From Flavobacterium sp. (GTDB taxonomy: Bacteria; Bacteroidota; Bacteroidia; Flavobacteriales; Flavobacteriaceae), in the NCBI RefSeq assembly GCF_003525665.1, contig NZ_DQDX01000105.1, forward strand, positions 1 through 39,901: 39,901 nt of DNA, in the 5' to 3' direction. Below, one piece after another: positions 28,644 to 37,818 of this stretch. Positions within the stretch are counted from its first letter, which is position 1; every line of letters begins with the position of its first letter. Both the position numbers and the translations under genes were made by a program. The notes under the pieces are model-generated. The model did not search any database. It was not told where the DNA came from and worked only from the letters and a program-made list of their open reading frames with translations.

Positions 28644-28676
28644 AAAAAACCATCTGCTTTCACAGATGGTTTTTTT
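28644..28676. terminator. Bidirectional terminator between T9SS cluster and typA
   Basis: A6-CCATCTG-loop-CAGATGG-T7. Confidence 0.88.
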
Positions 28677-28692
28677 ATATCTAAAATCTAAA

Positions 28693-30489
28693 TTATACTT
28701 TAAATCTTTTTCTATCAGTTTCGGTAAGATAGATTTTTCTTAAACGAATAGATTTAGGTGTACATTCGACATACTCATCTTTCTGAATATATTCTAAAGC
28801 TTCTTCTAATGAGAAAATAATTGGTGGAATAATTCTAGCTTTTTCATCATTTCCAGACGAACGAACGTTAGATTGTTTTTTCTCTTTAGTTACGTTTACA
28901 CACATATCATCACCACGAGAGTTTTCTCCAATTACTTGACCTTCGTAAATTTCTGCATTTGGTTCAACGAAAAACTTACCACGATCTTGTAGTTTATCGA
29001 TAGAATAAGGAATAGCTTTTCCTTTTTCCATAGAAATTAACGAACCTTTGTTACGTCCAGCAATTTCACCTTTGTAAGGTTCGTATCCAATAAAACGGTG
29101 CGCCATGATAGCCTCACCAGCAGTAGCTGTAAGCAATTGATTACGTAATCCAATAATTCCACGTGATGGAATGTTGAATTTTACAATCATACGTTCACCT
29201 TTAGTTTCCATAGAAAGCATTTCACCTTTTCTTTGAGTAACAAATTCAACTGCTCTTCCAGAAAGTGTTTCTGGTAAATCAATTGTCAATTCCTCAATTG
29301 GCTCACATTTTTTACCATCAATTTCTTTGATGATAACTTGTGGTTGACCAATTTGCAATTCGTAACCTTCTCTTCTCATTGTTTCAATAAGAACAGATAA
29401 GTGAAGTACACCACGTCCAAAAACCATGAACTTATCAGCTGAATCAGTTTCACCCAATTTCATCGCTAAGTTTTTCTCTAATTCTTTTGTTAAACGATCT
29501 CTAATATGACGAGAAGTTACAAATTTACCCTCTTTACCAAAGAAAGGAGAGTCATTAATTGTAAACAACATACTCATTGTTGGTTCGTCAATAGCAATAG
29601 TTTGTAAAGCTTCTGGATTTTCAAAATCGGCGATAGTATCTCCAATTTCAAAACCTTCAACTCCAATAATTGCACAAATATCTCCAGCAATTACTTCTTG
29701 AACTTTCTTACGACCAAGTCCTTCAAAAGTATGAAGTTCCTTGATACGTGATTTTGAAATAGTTCCATCTCTTTTTACTAAAGCAATTGGCATTCCTTCT
29801 CTTAAGACACCTCTTTCAAGACGACCAATGGCAATACGACCTGTAAATGCAGAGAAATCTAAAGATGTAATTAACATCTGTGGAGTTCCTTCAGAAACTT
29901 TAGGAGCTGGTACATTTTCGATAACCATATCTAATAATGCTTCCACATTATCAGTTACATTTTCCCAATGATCAGACATCCAGTTATTTTTAGCAGAACC
30001 ATAAACTGTTGGAAAATCTAGTTGCCATTCTTCAGCACCTAATTCAAACATAAGGTCGAAAACTTTTTCATGAACTTCTTCTGGAGTACAGTTTTCTTTA
30101 TCTACTTTATTAATTACAACGCAAGGTTTTAAACCTAAATCGATTGCTTTTTGAAGTACGAAACGAGTTTGAGGCATCGGACCTTCAAATGCATCTACAA
30201 GAAGACAAACACCGTCAGCCATATTCAATACACGTTCTACTTCACCACCAAAATCGGCGTGACCTGGAGTATCAATAATATTGATTTTAGTTCCTTTATA
30301 AGTAACCGAAACGTTTTTAGAAGTAATAGTAATACCTCTTTCACGCTCTAAGTCGTTATTATCTAGAATTAAATCACCTGTATTTTCGTTGTCACGAAAT
30401 AATTGACAGTGATACATAATTTTGTCTACCAGTGTAGTTTTACCGTGATCGACGTGAGCAATAATTGCAATGTTTCTAATAGATTCCAT
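28693..30489 (-). CDS. typA: Translational GTPase TypA/BipA
   Basis: AHVDHGKTT, ERERGITI, DTPGHADFGGEVER, GRGVLHLSVLIETMRREG. Confidence 0.98.
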   Translation of the reverse strand: MESIRNIAIIAHVDHGKTTLVDKIMYHCQLFRDNENTGDLILDNNDLERERGITITSKNVSVTYKGTKINIIDTPGHADFGGEVERVLNMADGVCLLVDAFEGPMPQTRFVLQKAIDLGLKPCVVINKVDKENCTPEEVHEKVFDLMFELGAEEWQLDFPTVYGSAKNNWMSDHWENVTDNVEALLDMVIENVPAPKVSEGTPQMLITSLDFSAFTGRIAIGRLERGVLREGMPIALVKRDGTISKSRIKELHTFEGLGRKKVQEVIAGDICAIIGVEGFEIGDTIADFENPEALQTIAIDEPTMSMLFTINDSPFFGKEGKFVTSRHIRDRLTKELEKNLAMKLGETDSADKFMVFGRGVLHLSVLIETMRREGYELQIGQPQVIIKEIDGKKCEPIEELTIDLPETLSGRAVEFVTQRKGEMLSMETKGERMIVKFNIPSRGIIGLRNQLLTATAGEAIMAHRFIGYEPYKGEIAGRNKGSLISMEKGKAIPYSIDKLQDRGKFFVEPNAEIYEGQVIGENSRGDDMCVNVTKEKKQSNVRSSGNDEKARIIPPIIFSLEEALEYIQKDEYVECTPKSIRLRKIYLTETDRKRFKV

Positions 30490-30508
30490 CTGTGATTTTT
30501 AATGGGTG

Positions 30509-30516
30509 CAAAGGTA
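30509..30516 (-). promoter_or_regulatory. -7 promoter box for typA
   Basis: TACCTTTG on minus strand 19 bp upstream of ATG. Confidence 0.65.
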
Positions 30517-30651
30517 CACTTTATTTTGATTAAAAAAACCTCAATTTTAATAGTTTACATTTTAATAACTTATTTATGATAATTTTATCAAAAAGTGGAA
30601 TTTTTTCGACAAAAAATAGTGTTATGAGATTTAATTTTTTATTTTTGAGTA

Positions 30652-32367
30652 ATGAAATATAAATCGAATAAAATAATTCTTACTTATTTTCTAGTCACCT
30701 CTTTTTTGGTTTTCACTAGCCAATTTATTGCCTTACACTATTTTGATCAAAATTACAATTGGAAAATAACATCCATTCTTGCTGCAATCTACATTGCAGT
30801 AACAACTATTATATTAAAATACATACTCAATAAATATTGTCAGAAAAACCAACAAGTAATAAATGATTTACTAGCTAAAAATGAAGAATTGTTTAAATCA
30901 AATGAACAATATGATATTGTCGCTAAAGCTACTAGTGATACCATCTGGGATTGGGATATAGAGAGTGGAAAATTTATATTCAACAAAGGAATTCAAGGAA
31001 TCTTTGGTTACAACCAAAAAGACGTTGGTGAAACTATAGATTGGTGGTTTGAAAAAATACATCACCAAGACAGCATAAAAATGTCGGTTAACATTCATAA
31101 ATATGTTGAGCAAAAAATAGAGAAATGGCAAGACTATTATAGATTTCAATGCGCCAATGGGACTTACAAATACATTTATGACAGAGGATTTCTTGTTATG
31201 GATGAAAACAAAAAAGTTACCCGAATAATTGGTGCGATGCAAGACATCACCAAACTAAAAATAGAAGAAGAACGCTTAAAACTTTTAGAAACTGTAATTA
31301 CACAAACCAAAGATTCTGTAATTATTACCGAGGCCAACGAAACTTCTACAGGAATTCCAAAAATATTATATGTAAACCCAGCATTCACTAAATTAACAGG
31401 TTATAATCCTGAAGATGTAATTGGCAAAACTGCCAACGTCTTTATGAACAGAACTTCACTTAAACATGATTTTAAAAGGATTAGCCAAGCACTCAAAAAG
31501 AAAGAAGAAATTAGCTTTGAAACCATAAATTATAATAAAAAGAAAGAGGAATATTGGGCTAATATTTCTATGATTCCAATTACAAACAAAGACAACGAAC
31601 ATTCGCATTGGATATCAATACAAAGAGATATTTCTAAAGAAAAAGAAAGAGAAAAGGAAAGAGAACAACTTATTAGCGAACTTACTCAAAACAATAAAGA
31701 TTTAAAGCAATTTTCCTATATTACCTCTCACAATTTAAGAGCACCACTTTCCAACTTAACCGGTTTACTTAACCTTATTGAAGATATTCCTGTTGAAGAT
31801 GAAGAACTTAAAGAAATTATTAATGGATTTTCAAAATCAACAAATCAGTTGAACGAAACCATAAACGACCTTGTTAAAGTAATCATCATTAAAGATAGCC
31901 CGTCAATAGACAAAGAGCAAGTTTTAATTCAAGATGTCTTTGAAAACATTTTTAATCAATTAAGTTTTTTGATTAGCGCAAAAAAACCCATTATAAAGAT
32001 GGATTTTGACAAAGCAGAAACTATATTTGCAAATAAATCCTACTTCGAAAGTATTTTACTGAATTTAATGACCAACTCTTTAAAATATAAAGATGCTGTT
32101 CGAAAATTAAAAATTGAAATATCATCCAAATCGAAAGAAAACAATACCATTATTACATTTAAAGACAACGGAATAGGAATTGATTTAGAAAGAAATAAAG
32201 AAAAAATATTTGGATTATACCAAAGATTTCATGATTACGCAGATAGCAAAGGCTTAGGACTCTATTTAGTTAAATCTCAAGTAGAATCAATGGGCGGAAC
32301 TATAAGCGTTGAAAGCGAAGTTGGCAAAGGCACAAGCTTCATAATTACATTAAAAAACGAACTATAA
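30652..32367 (+). CDS. Membrane-anchored PAS/PAC sensor histidine kinase
   Basis: Two N-terminal TMs, two PAS/PAC domains, H-box SHNLRAPL, N-box NLMTNSLKY, DNGIG, GLGLY. Confidence 0.95.
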   Translation: MKYKSNKIILTYFLVTSFLVFTSQFIALHYFDQNYNWKITSILAAIYIAVTTIILKYILNKYCQKNQQVINDLLAKNEELFKSNEQYDIVAKATSDTIWDWDIESGKFIFNKGIQGIFGYNQKDVGETIDWWFEKIHHQDSIKMSVNIHKYVEQKIEKWQDYYRFQCANGTYKYIYDRGFLVMDENKKVTRIIGAMQDITKLKIEEERLKLLETVITQTKDSVIITEANETSTGIPKILYVNPAFTKLTGYNPEDVIGKTANVFMNRTSLKHDFKRISQALKKKEEISFETINYNKKKEEYWANISMIPITNKDNEHSHWISIQRDISKEKEREKEREQLISELTQNNKDLKQFSYITSHNLRAPLSNLTGLLNLIEDIPVEDEELKEIINGFSKSTNQLNETINDLVKVIIIKDSPSIDKEQVLIQDVFENIFNQLSFLISAKKPIIKMDFDKAETIFANKSYFESILLNLMTNSLKYKDAVRKLKIEISSKSKENNTIITFKDNGIGIDLERNKEKIFGLYQRFHDYADSKGLGLYLVKSQVESMGGTISVESEVGKGTSFIITLKNEL

Positions 32368-32771
32368 TGTTTACTAAAATTTTATGCGTAGACGATGATG
32401 CAATAACACTCATGTTGTGCAAAAAAGTCATTGCAAAAGCAGAATTCGCATCACAAATTGAAACCAGCAATAATGGAGAAGAAGCGTTACAGTACTTTGA
32501 AAATTTAAAAAAAGAAAAAGAAGCAAACAATATAGTTTCTGAACCACAGCTTATTTTTTTAGACTTAAATATGCCTATAATGAACGGCTGGGAGTTTTTA
32601 GATATCTTTTCTAAAAGCGACTACTATACTATTTTTCCAGAAGTTAAAGTAATTGTTCTTTCCTCAACAATAGATCCCAGAGATATTGAAAAAGCAAAAC
32701 AATACCCAATGGTTCTAAACTTTCTATCAAAACCAATTACAATTGAAATGCTAAAATCAATTACCATATAA
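32367..32771 (+). CDS. Single-domain response regulator (CheY-like receiver)
   Basis: VDDD, IFLDLNMPIMNGWEF, KP; start overlaps kinase stop. Confidence 0.95.
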   Translation: MFTKILCVDDDAITLMLCKKVIAKAEFASQIETSNNGEEALQYFENLKKEKEANNIVSEPQLIFLDLNMPIMNGWEFLDIFSKSDYYTIFPEVKVIVLSSTIDPRDIEKAKQYPMVLNFLSKPITIEMLKSITI

Positions 32772-32772
32772 C

Positions 32773-32807
32773 AAAAAAAAGCTTCCAAATTTTGGAAGCT
32801 TTTTTTT
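32773..32807. terminator. Bidirectional terminator between response regulator and rpsT
   Basis: A8-GCTTCCA-loop-TGGAAGC-T8. Confidence 0.9.
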
Positions 32808-32830
32808 ATTTAAAAAGTCGTGAAAATTAA

Positions 32831-33082
32831 TTATAATTTTGCAACGTGCTTAGTTAATTTTGATTTTAAATTAGAAGCTTTGTTATCATGAATGATATTT
32901 TTCTTCGCTAATCTATCAATCATAGAAATTACACTTGATAATTTTGCAGAAGCTTCAGACTTAACAGTAGACATTCTTAATGCTTTAATTGCATTACGAG
33001 TAGTTTTGTGTTGGTATCTGTTTAACACTCTTTTCTTTTCGTTACTTCTAATTCTCTTTAAAGCTGACTTATGATTTGCCAT
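32831..33082 (-). CDS. rpsT: 30S ribosomal protein S20
   Basis: MANHKSALKRIR...IIH.NKASNLKSKL. Confidence 0.98.
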   Translation of the reverse strand: MANHKSALKRIRSNEKKRVLNRYQHKTTRNAIKALRMSTVKSEASAKLSSVISMIDRLAKKNIIHDNKASNLKSKLTKHVAKL

Positions 33083-33224
33083 TTTTTCTTTTTTTTAATT
33101 GTTATAAACTCCTAGTTAAAAAAGAAAAACCTCCCACAACTTTAAAAGTCACTTTGGTTTTAACTAATAAAACTATAACCGAGACACCAATTATAATTTT
33201 ATAAAACTTATTTACAACTAATTG

Positions 33225-33296
33225 TAGCCCGTAGGGGAATCGAACCCCTCTTACATGGATGAAAACCATGCGTCCTAACCGATAGACGAACGGGCC
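33225..33296 (-). tRNA. tRNA-Glu(TTC), CCA not encoded
   Basis: 72-nt cloverleaf GGCCCGT...ACGGGCTA; anticodon arm CATGG-TTTTCAT-CCATG; GGTTCGATTCC T-arm. Confidence 0.97.
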
Positions 33297-33341
33297 AATG
33301 CCATTTTTTACTCTTGTAAATCTCAATAAATATTGAACTTG

Positions 33342-33413
33342 TAGCCCGTAGGGGAATCGAACCCCTCTTACATGGATGAAAACCATGCGTCCTAACCGAT
33401 AGACGAACGGGCC
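33342..33413 (-). tRNA. tRNA-Glu(TTC), identical tandem copy
   Basis: Same 72-nt sequence as 33225-33296. Confidence 0.97.
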
Positions 33414-33438
33414 ATTACATATTTTTGTAATGCGAGTG

Positions 33439-33446
33439 CAAAAATA
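33439..33446 (-). promoter_or_regulatory. -7 promoter box for tRNA-Glu/tRNA-Glu/rpsT
   Basis: TATTTTTG on minus strand, 25 bp upstream of first tRNA. Confidence 0.65.
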
Positions 33447-33497
33447 CAACTATTTTTAATTCACGCAATAGCTGAATCGACTTTTTTTATATTTTTT

Positions 33498-34976
33498 TTA
33501 GTATGCTTTTGCAAATAACACTCTACCAGCAGATTCCAATCCAGAAAAAACACATTTTCCTGTTTCTTCTTTACGATCTAATGGAATACAACGAATGGTT
33601 GCTTTGGTCAAATCTTTGATTTTTTCTTCGGTTTCTGGACTTCCATCCCAATGTGCCGAGATAAATCCGCCTTTAGTTTCTAATACATCTTTAAACTCTT
33701 CAAAAGAATTTACCTCTGTAATATGTTCCTTTCTGTAATCTAAAGCTTTTTTGAATAGATCTGTTTGAATAGTTTCTAATAAATCATTGATGTAAGTAAC
33801 TATTCCGTCTTTTGAAACAACTTCTTTAGAAAGCGTATCTCTTCTAGCAACTTCAAACGTTCCATTCTCTAAGTCTTTCGGACCAACAGCAATTCGCACT
33901 GGAACGCCTTTTAATTCCCATTCAGCAAATTTAAAACCTGGCTTTTGTGTGGTTCTATTATCAAATTTCACTGAAATTCTTAACTTTTTGAATTGAGAAA
34001 CTAGTTCGTTTACAACCAATGATATTTTTTCAAATTCTTCCTCTGTTTTAAATATCGGAACGATCACTACCTGAATTGGAGCTAAATTTGGAGGTAAAAC
34101 CAATCCGTTATCATCAGAATGCGTCATTACTAATGCACCCATTAATCTGGTAGAAACACCCCAAGAGGTTCCCCAAACGTATTCTTGCTTGCCTTCTTGA
34201 TTAGCAAATTTAACATCAAATGCTTTTGCAAAATTTTGTCCTAAAAAGTGAGATGTTCCTGCTTGTAAAGCTTTACCGTCTTGCATCAAAGCTTCAATAC
34301 AATAGGTTTCTTCTGCACCAGCAAAACGTTCTGTTTCTGTTTTTAATCCTTTTACAACCGGAATTGCCATAAAATCTTGAACAAAATCTGAATAAACATT
34401 CATCATTTTTTCAGATTCTTCAATAGCTTCTGCTTTGGTAGCGTGAGCTGTATGACCCTCTTGCCATAAAAATTCGGCTGTTCTTAAAAATAAACGCGTA
34501 CGCATTTCCCAACGAACAACGTTTGCCCATTGATTGATTAATAATGGTAAATCTCTGTACGATTGCACCCAACCTTTATATGTTGACCAAATAATAGCTT
34601 CACTTGTAGGACGAACAATTAGCTCTTCTTCTAGTTTAGCATTCGGATCAACCATCAATTTTCCTGGCTTATCTGGATCATTTTTTAATCTATAGTGAGT
34701 TACAATTGCACATTCCTTTGCAAATCCTTCAGCGTTTTTTTCTTCGGCTTCAAACATACTCTTCGGAACAAACAAGGGAAAATAGGCATTACTATGACCT
34801 GTTTCTTTGAACATTCTATCTAATTCTGCTTGCATTTTTTCCCAAATTGCGTAACCATATGGTTTGATAACCATACAACCTCTAACACCCGAGTTTTCGG
34901 CTAAATCTGCTTTTACTACGAGCTCATTATACCATTTGGAATAGTCTTCTGCTCTTGTTGTTAAGTTCTTACTCAT
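33498..34976 (-). CDS. proS: Proline--tRNA ligase (archaeal/eukaryotic-like type usual in Bacteroidota)
   Basis: [47 protein letters not shown]-terminal FAKAY. Confidence 0.98.
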   Translation of the reverse strand: MSKNLTTRAEDYSKWYNELVVKADLAENSGVRGCMVIKPYGYAIWEKMQAELDRMFKETGHSNAYFPLFVPKSMFEAEEKNAEGFAKECAIVTHYRLKNDPDKPGKLMVDPNAKLEEELIVRPTSEAIIWSTYKGWVQSYRDLPLLINQWANVVRWEMRTRLFLRTAEFLWQEGHTAHATKAEAIEESEKMMNVYSDFVQDFMAIPVVKGLKTETERFAGAEETYCIEALMQDGKALQAGTSHFLGQNFAKAFDVKFANQEGKQEYVWGTSWGVSTRLMGALVMTHSDDNGLVLPPNLAPIQVVIVPIFKTEEEFEKISLVVNELVSQFKKLRISVKFDNRTTQKPGFKFAEWELKGVPVRIAVGPKDLENGTFEVARRDTLSKEVVSKDGIVTYINDLLETIQTDLFKKALDYRKEHITEVNSFEEFKDVLETKGGFISAHWDGSPETEEKIKDLTKATIRCIPLDRKEETGKCVFSGLESAGRVLFAKAY

Positions 34977-35029
34977 AATGAATAGTTTGGCATAAAAATT
35001 GTTTAACTTATTTTAACTAAATAGTTCGG

Positions 35030-35047
35030 CAAAACTAACTATTTTTG
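35030..35047. promoter_or_regulatory. Back-to-back -7 boxes: TAGTTTTG (-, proS) and TATTTTTG (+, lipoprotein gene)
   Basis: Two exact TAnnTTTG matches at 35030-35037 and 35040-35047. Confidence 0.6.
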
Positions 35048-35076
35048 TATTGTCCAACAATAAAAATGCTATAGAT

Positions 35077-36081
35077 ATGAAAACAAATTATTTTATTAAA
35101 GAAAAAAGCGCCATTTATACTCTATTTGGACTTTTGGCATTGGTTGTAACTTCTTGTGGTTCATACCAAAACAAATCGTATTATGACAATGATGGGATTT
35201 ATGGTGGTGGTGAAAGAAACGTTGCGACAGAAACAAACTCAAATAATGCTTATTACAAAGAATATTTCAGTTCTTTAAACAAAGAAAATGAAGAAATATT
35301 CACTAATGTAGACAATTATAATTCTTACCCAAATGACACTGTTAAAGTTGCAAACGCAAGAGTAGAAAACACTAACTATGGAAGTTGGGGTTCAAATCCT
35401 TCAAGCAATATAACCGTAAATGTTTATGACGACGGCTGGGGTTATGGCGGATGGAATAATTGGGGTTGGAACAATTGGGGCTGGAATAATTGGGGTTGGA
35501 ACAACTGGTATGGCCCAGGTTTTGGCTTAGGATGGAACAGTTGGTATGGTCCCGGTTTTGGATTGGGATGGAACAATTGGTATGGTCCAGGTTGGGGTTA
35601 CTATGGCGGTTGGTATGGTAACAACTGGGGTTGGAACAACAATTGGCATGGTAATAACTACGCATATTCTTACGGAAGAAGAGATTCAAGAGTTTATAAT
35701 AATTACAGCGCTGGAAGAACTTCAAACAATCGTGTAGACAGAACTATTTATTCTTCAGGCAGAAGAAACTCTAGCCCAACCTTCACAAATAGAAATAATA
35801 GTGTTAGAAATTCTGGTGTTAGAAGTAATTCAACTAGAAATGAGTCTTACAACACCAATAGACCGGTAAATAGTAATCCAAGAAATTATAACGATAACAG
35901 TACTCCAAGAACTAATTCTACTCCAAGAGCGGTATCACCTAGTAGCACTCCACGAAGCTATACACCAAGCAGCAATAGCGGTGGCGGAAGATCTGGCGGT
36001 GGCGGAAGATCTGGCGGTGGCGGAAGCTATGGCGGTGGCGGCGGAGGTCGTTCATCTGGTGGCGGTGGCGGAAGAAGATAA
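35077..36081 (+). CDS. Lipoprotein with W/G/N/Y low-complexity repeats and R/S/G-rich disordered tail
   Basis: VTSC lipobox, YDNDGIY motif, (WNNWG)n and WYGPGFGLGWN repeats, GGGRS tail; ATG 35077 preferred over TTG 35050. Confidence 0.85.
   Translation: MKTNYFIKEKSAIYTLFGLLALVVTSCGSYQNKSYYDNDGIYGGGERNVATETNSNNAYYKEYFSSLNKENEEIFTNVDNYNSYPNDTVKVANARVENTNYGSWGSNPSSNITVNVYDDGWGYGGWNNWGWNNWGWNNWGWNNWYGPGFGLGWNSWYGPGFGLGWNNWYGPGWGYYGGWYGNNWGWNNNWHGNNYAYSYGRRDSRVYNNYSAGRTSNNRVDRTIYSSGRRNSSPTFTNRNNSVRNSGVRSNSTRNESYNTNRPVNSNPRNYNDNSTPRTNSTPRAVSPSSTPRSYTPSSNSGGGRSGGGGRSGGGGSYGGGGGGRSSGGGGGRR
35978..36026 (+). repeat. 18-bp coding tandem repeat GCGGTGGCGGAAGATCTG x2.7
   Basis: Two exact copies plus a 13-nt partial copy, encoding SGGGGR-type units. 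Confidence 0.85.
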
Positions 36082-36103
36082 TTGTTATACCAAAAAAATA
36101 AAA

Positions 36104-37606
36104 ATGAAAAAGATATTTTTAAGTTTTGCGATAGGCTTATTTGCAATTACTGGTCAAGCACAAAATATTAAAGAGATACTACTCTACTCTCAAGAAAACA
36201 TGAATGGTACTGCTCGTTTTAGAGCACTGAGTGGCGCTTTTGGAGCTTTAGGTGGCGATTTTTCAGCATTGAATGTAAATCCGGCTGGATCTGTTGTATT
36301 TTCTAATAATCAAGTTGGCTTTACTATTTCAAATTACCATAATAAAAATAATACCAACTATTTTGGTACAAGCGCTAACGAAACAGATAATTCATTAGAT
36401 ATTAATCAATTAGGTGGTGTTTATGTATTTGAGAACGAAGATAAAAGTAGTGGTTGGTCTAAATTTGCTGTAGCATTAAATTACGACAACATTAATAATT
36501 ACGATAATTCTATTTTTGTTGCTGGAACAAACTCAATAAACTCTATTGCAGATTACTTTTTGTCTTATGCCAATGGTATTCCTTTAAGTGTAGTTAGTGG
36601 TAATGATTTCAATTATGGTGATTTGTTTTACAATGAGCAACAAGCGTATTTAGGATACCAATCGTTCATAATAAATCCTACAGATACCAATCCGGGAACT
36701 ACAACTTATACTTCTAATGTTGCGTCAGGCGGAGACTACTATCAAGAAAATTCAATAGTTACTTCTGGTTACAACGGAAAACTTTCTTTTAATGGATCTG
36801 CGATATACAAAGACCGATTGATGGTTGGTGTTAATTTAAACGCGCATTTTAGCGATTACAGAAAATCTACTAGTTTTTTTGAAAGTAACAACAACAATAC
36901 TTCAACTAACTATTTGGTAGAAAGAGTTCGTTTTAATAATGATTTGTACACTTATGGAAATGGTTTCTCTTTTCAAATTGGAACAATCTATAAAGCTACC
37001 AAAGAATTTCGTTTAGGTTTGGCATATCAATCTCCAACTTGGATGCGTTACACAGATGAACTTTCGCAAAGTATTTCTGCGGTGAGTAGTAATGTCAATG
37101 AAGAATTGGCTGCAGATGTTGTAAACCCAAGGCTAACGATGATTTATGAGCCTTACAGAATGAGAACTCCAGGAAAAATAACTGCAAGTGCTGCTTATGT
37201 TTTTGGAAAAACTGGATTACTTAGTTTTGATTATGGTGTAAAAGATTATGGCAATGCTGCTTTTACTCCAGACAGCGACTTTCGAGACCAAAATGATTTA
37301 GTTGCTAATGTTTTAGGAGTTTCTAACGAATTTCGTCTTGGAGGCGAATATAAAATCAAGCGAGTAAGTTTGCGTGCTGGTTATAGATATGAAGAAAGTC
37401 CGTTTAAAAGTGAGAATGCACTTGGCGATTTAACTGGATATTCTGGTGGTATTGGATACAATTTTGGTGAAATAAAAGTAGATTTAGCGTATTCGTTTTC
37501 GGAACGTGATTATTTCCAAAGCATGTTTGATCAAGGTTTAACTAGAGCTTATAAAGTAAGTTCTAAAAACAGCAATATAAGTTTAACAATGTTATTTGAA
37601 TTATAA
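36104..37606 (+). CDS. OmpP1/FadL-family outer-membrane beta-barrel protein
   Basis: Signal peptide from ATG 36104; GTARF.ALSGAFGALGGD.SA...NPAG hatch motif; LRAGY near C-terminus. Confidence 0.85.
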   Translation: MKKIFLSFAIGLFAITGQAQNIKEILLYSQENMNGTARFRALSGAFGALGGDFSALNVNPAGSVVFSNNQVGFTISNYHNKNNTNYFGTSANETDNSLDINQLGGVYVFENEDKSSGWSKFAVALNYDNINNYDNSIFVAGTNSINSIADYFLSYANGIPLSVVSGNDFNYGDLFYNEQQAYLGYQSFIINPTDTNPGTTTYTSNVASGGDYYQENSIVTSGYNGKLSFNGSAIYKDRLMVGVNLNAHFSDYRKSTSFFESNNNNTSTNYLVERVRFNNDLYTYGNGFSFQIGTIYKATKEFRLGLAYQSPTWMRYTDELSQSISAVSSNVNEELAADVVNPRLTMIYEPYRMRTPGKITASAAYVFGKTGLLSFDYGVKDYGNAAFTPDSDFRDQNDLVANVLGVSNEFRLGGEYKIKRVSLRAGYRYEESPFKSENALGDLTGYSGGIGYNFGEIKVDLAYSFSERDYFQSMFDQGLTRAYKVSSKNSNISLTMLFEL

Positions 37607-37627
37607 TAAATTGTAAACGTAAATTAT

Positions 37628-37658
37628 AAAACCATTCGTCTTTCGGATGGTTTTTTTT
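37628..37658 (+). terminator. Rho-independent terminator
   Basis: AAAACCATTCG-loop-CGGATGG-T8. Confidence 0.85.
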
Positions 37659-37678
37659 GTGTACTTCGCTTGCTATCT

Positions 37679-37747
37679 AGCCCTGATCTCGTCATTGTTG
37701 GAGCTCTCCCATTTTTGGGAAGCGACTGACGAGAGCAGGAAAAGGGT
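37679..37747 (+). ncRNA. GC-rich nested hairpin element, possibly Flavo-1 RNA-like or REP-like
   Basis: CCTG/CAGG, CTCGTCA/TGACGAG and TCCCA/TGGGA nested stems; AGCCCTGAT...AGCAGGA boundaries recalled from Flavobacterium intergenic repeats, not verified. Confidence 0.5.
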
Positions 37748-37791
37748 TTGCCAAAAATGCCCAAAAGTTTCGCTCCTTAAAATAAAAGATG

Positions 37792-37799
37792 TAATTTTG
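37792..37799 (+). promoter_or_regulatory. -7 promoter box for rimO
   Basis: TAATTTTG 19 bp upstream of ATG. Confidence 0.65.
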
Positions 37800-37818
37800 C
37801 ACTCCAATAAAAAAAGGT

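Noticed and set aside
33225..33413. tRNA duplication as attL/attR of an integrated element
   Set aside because: Both copies are full length, 45 bp apart, with no integrase or cargo; an ordinary tandem tRNA pair.
33102..33449. 115-aa minus-strand ORF with an internal duplication
   Set aside because: It is a translation of the two tRNA-Glu genes.
35981..36103. N-terminal extension of the FadL-like ORF (MAEDLAVAEDLAV...)
   Set aside because: Alternative-frame reading of the Gly-rich repeat in the upstream gene; the signal peptide starts at 36104.
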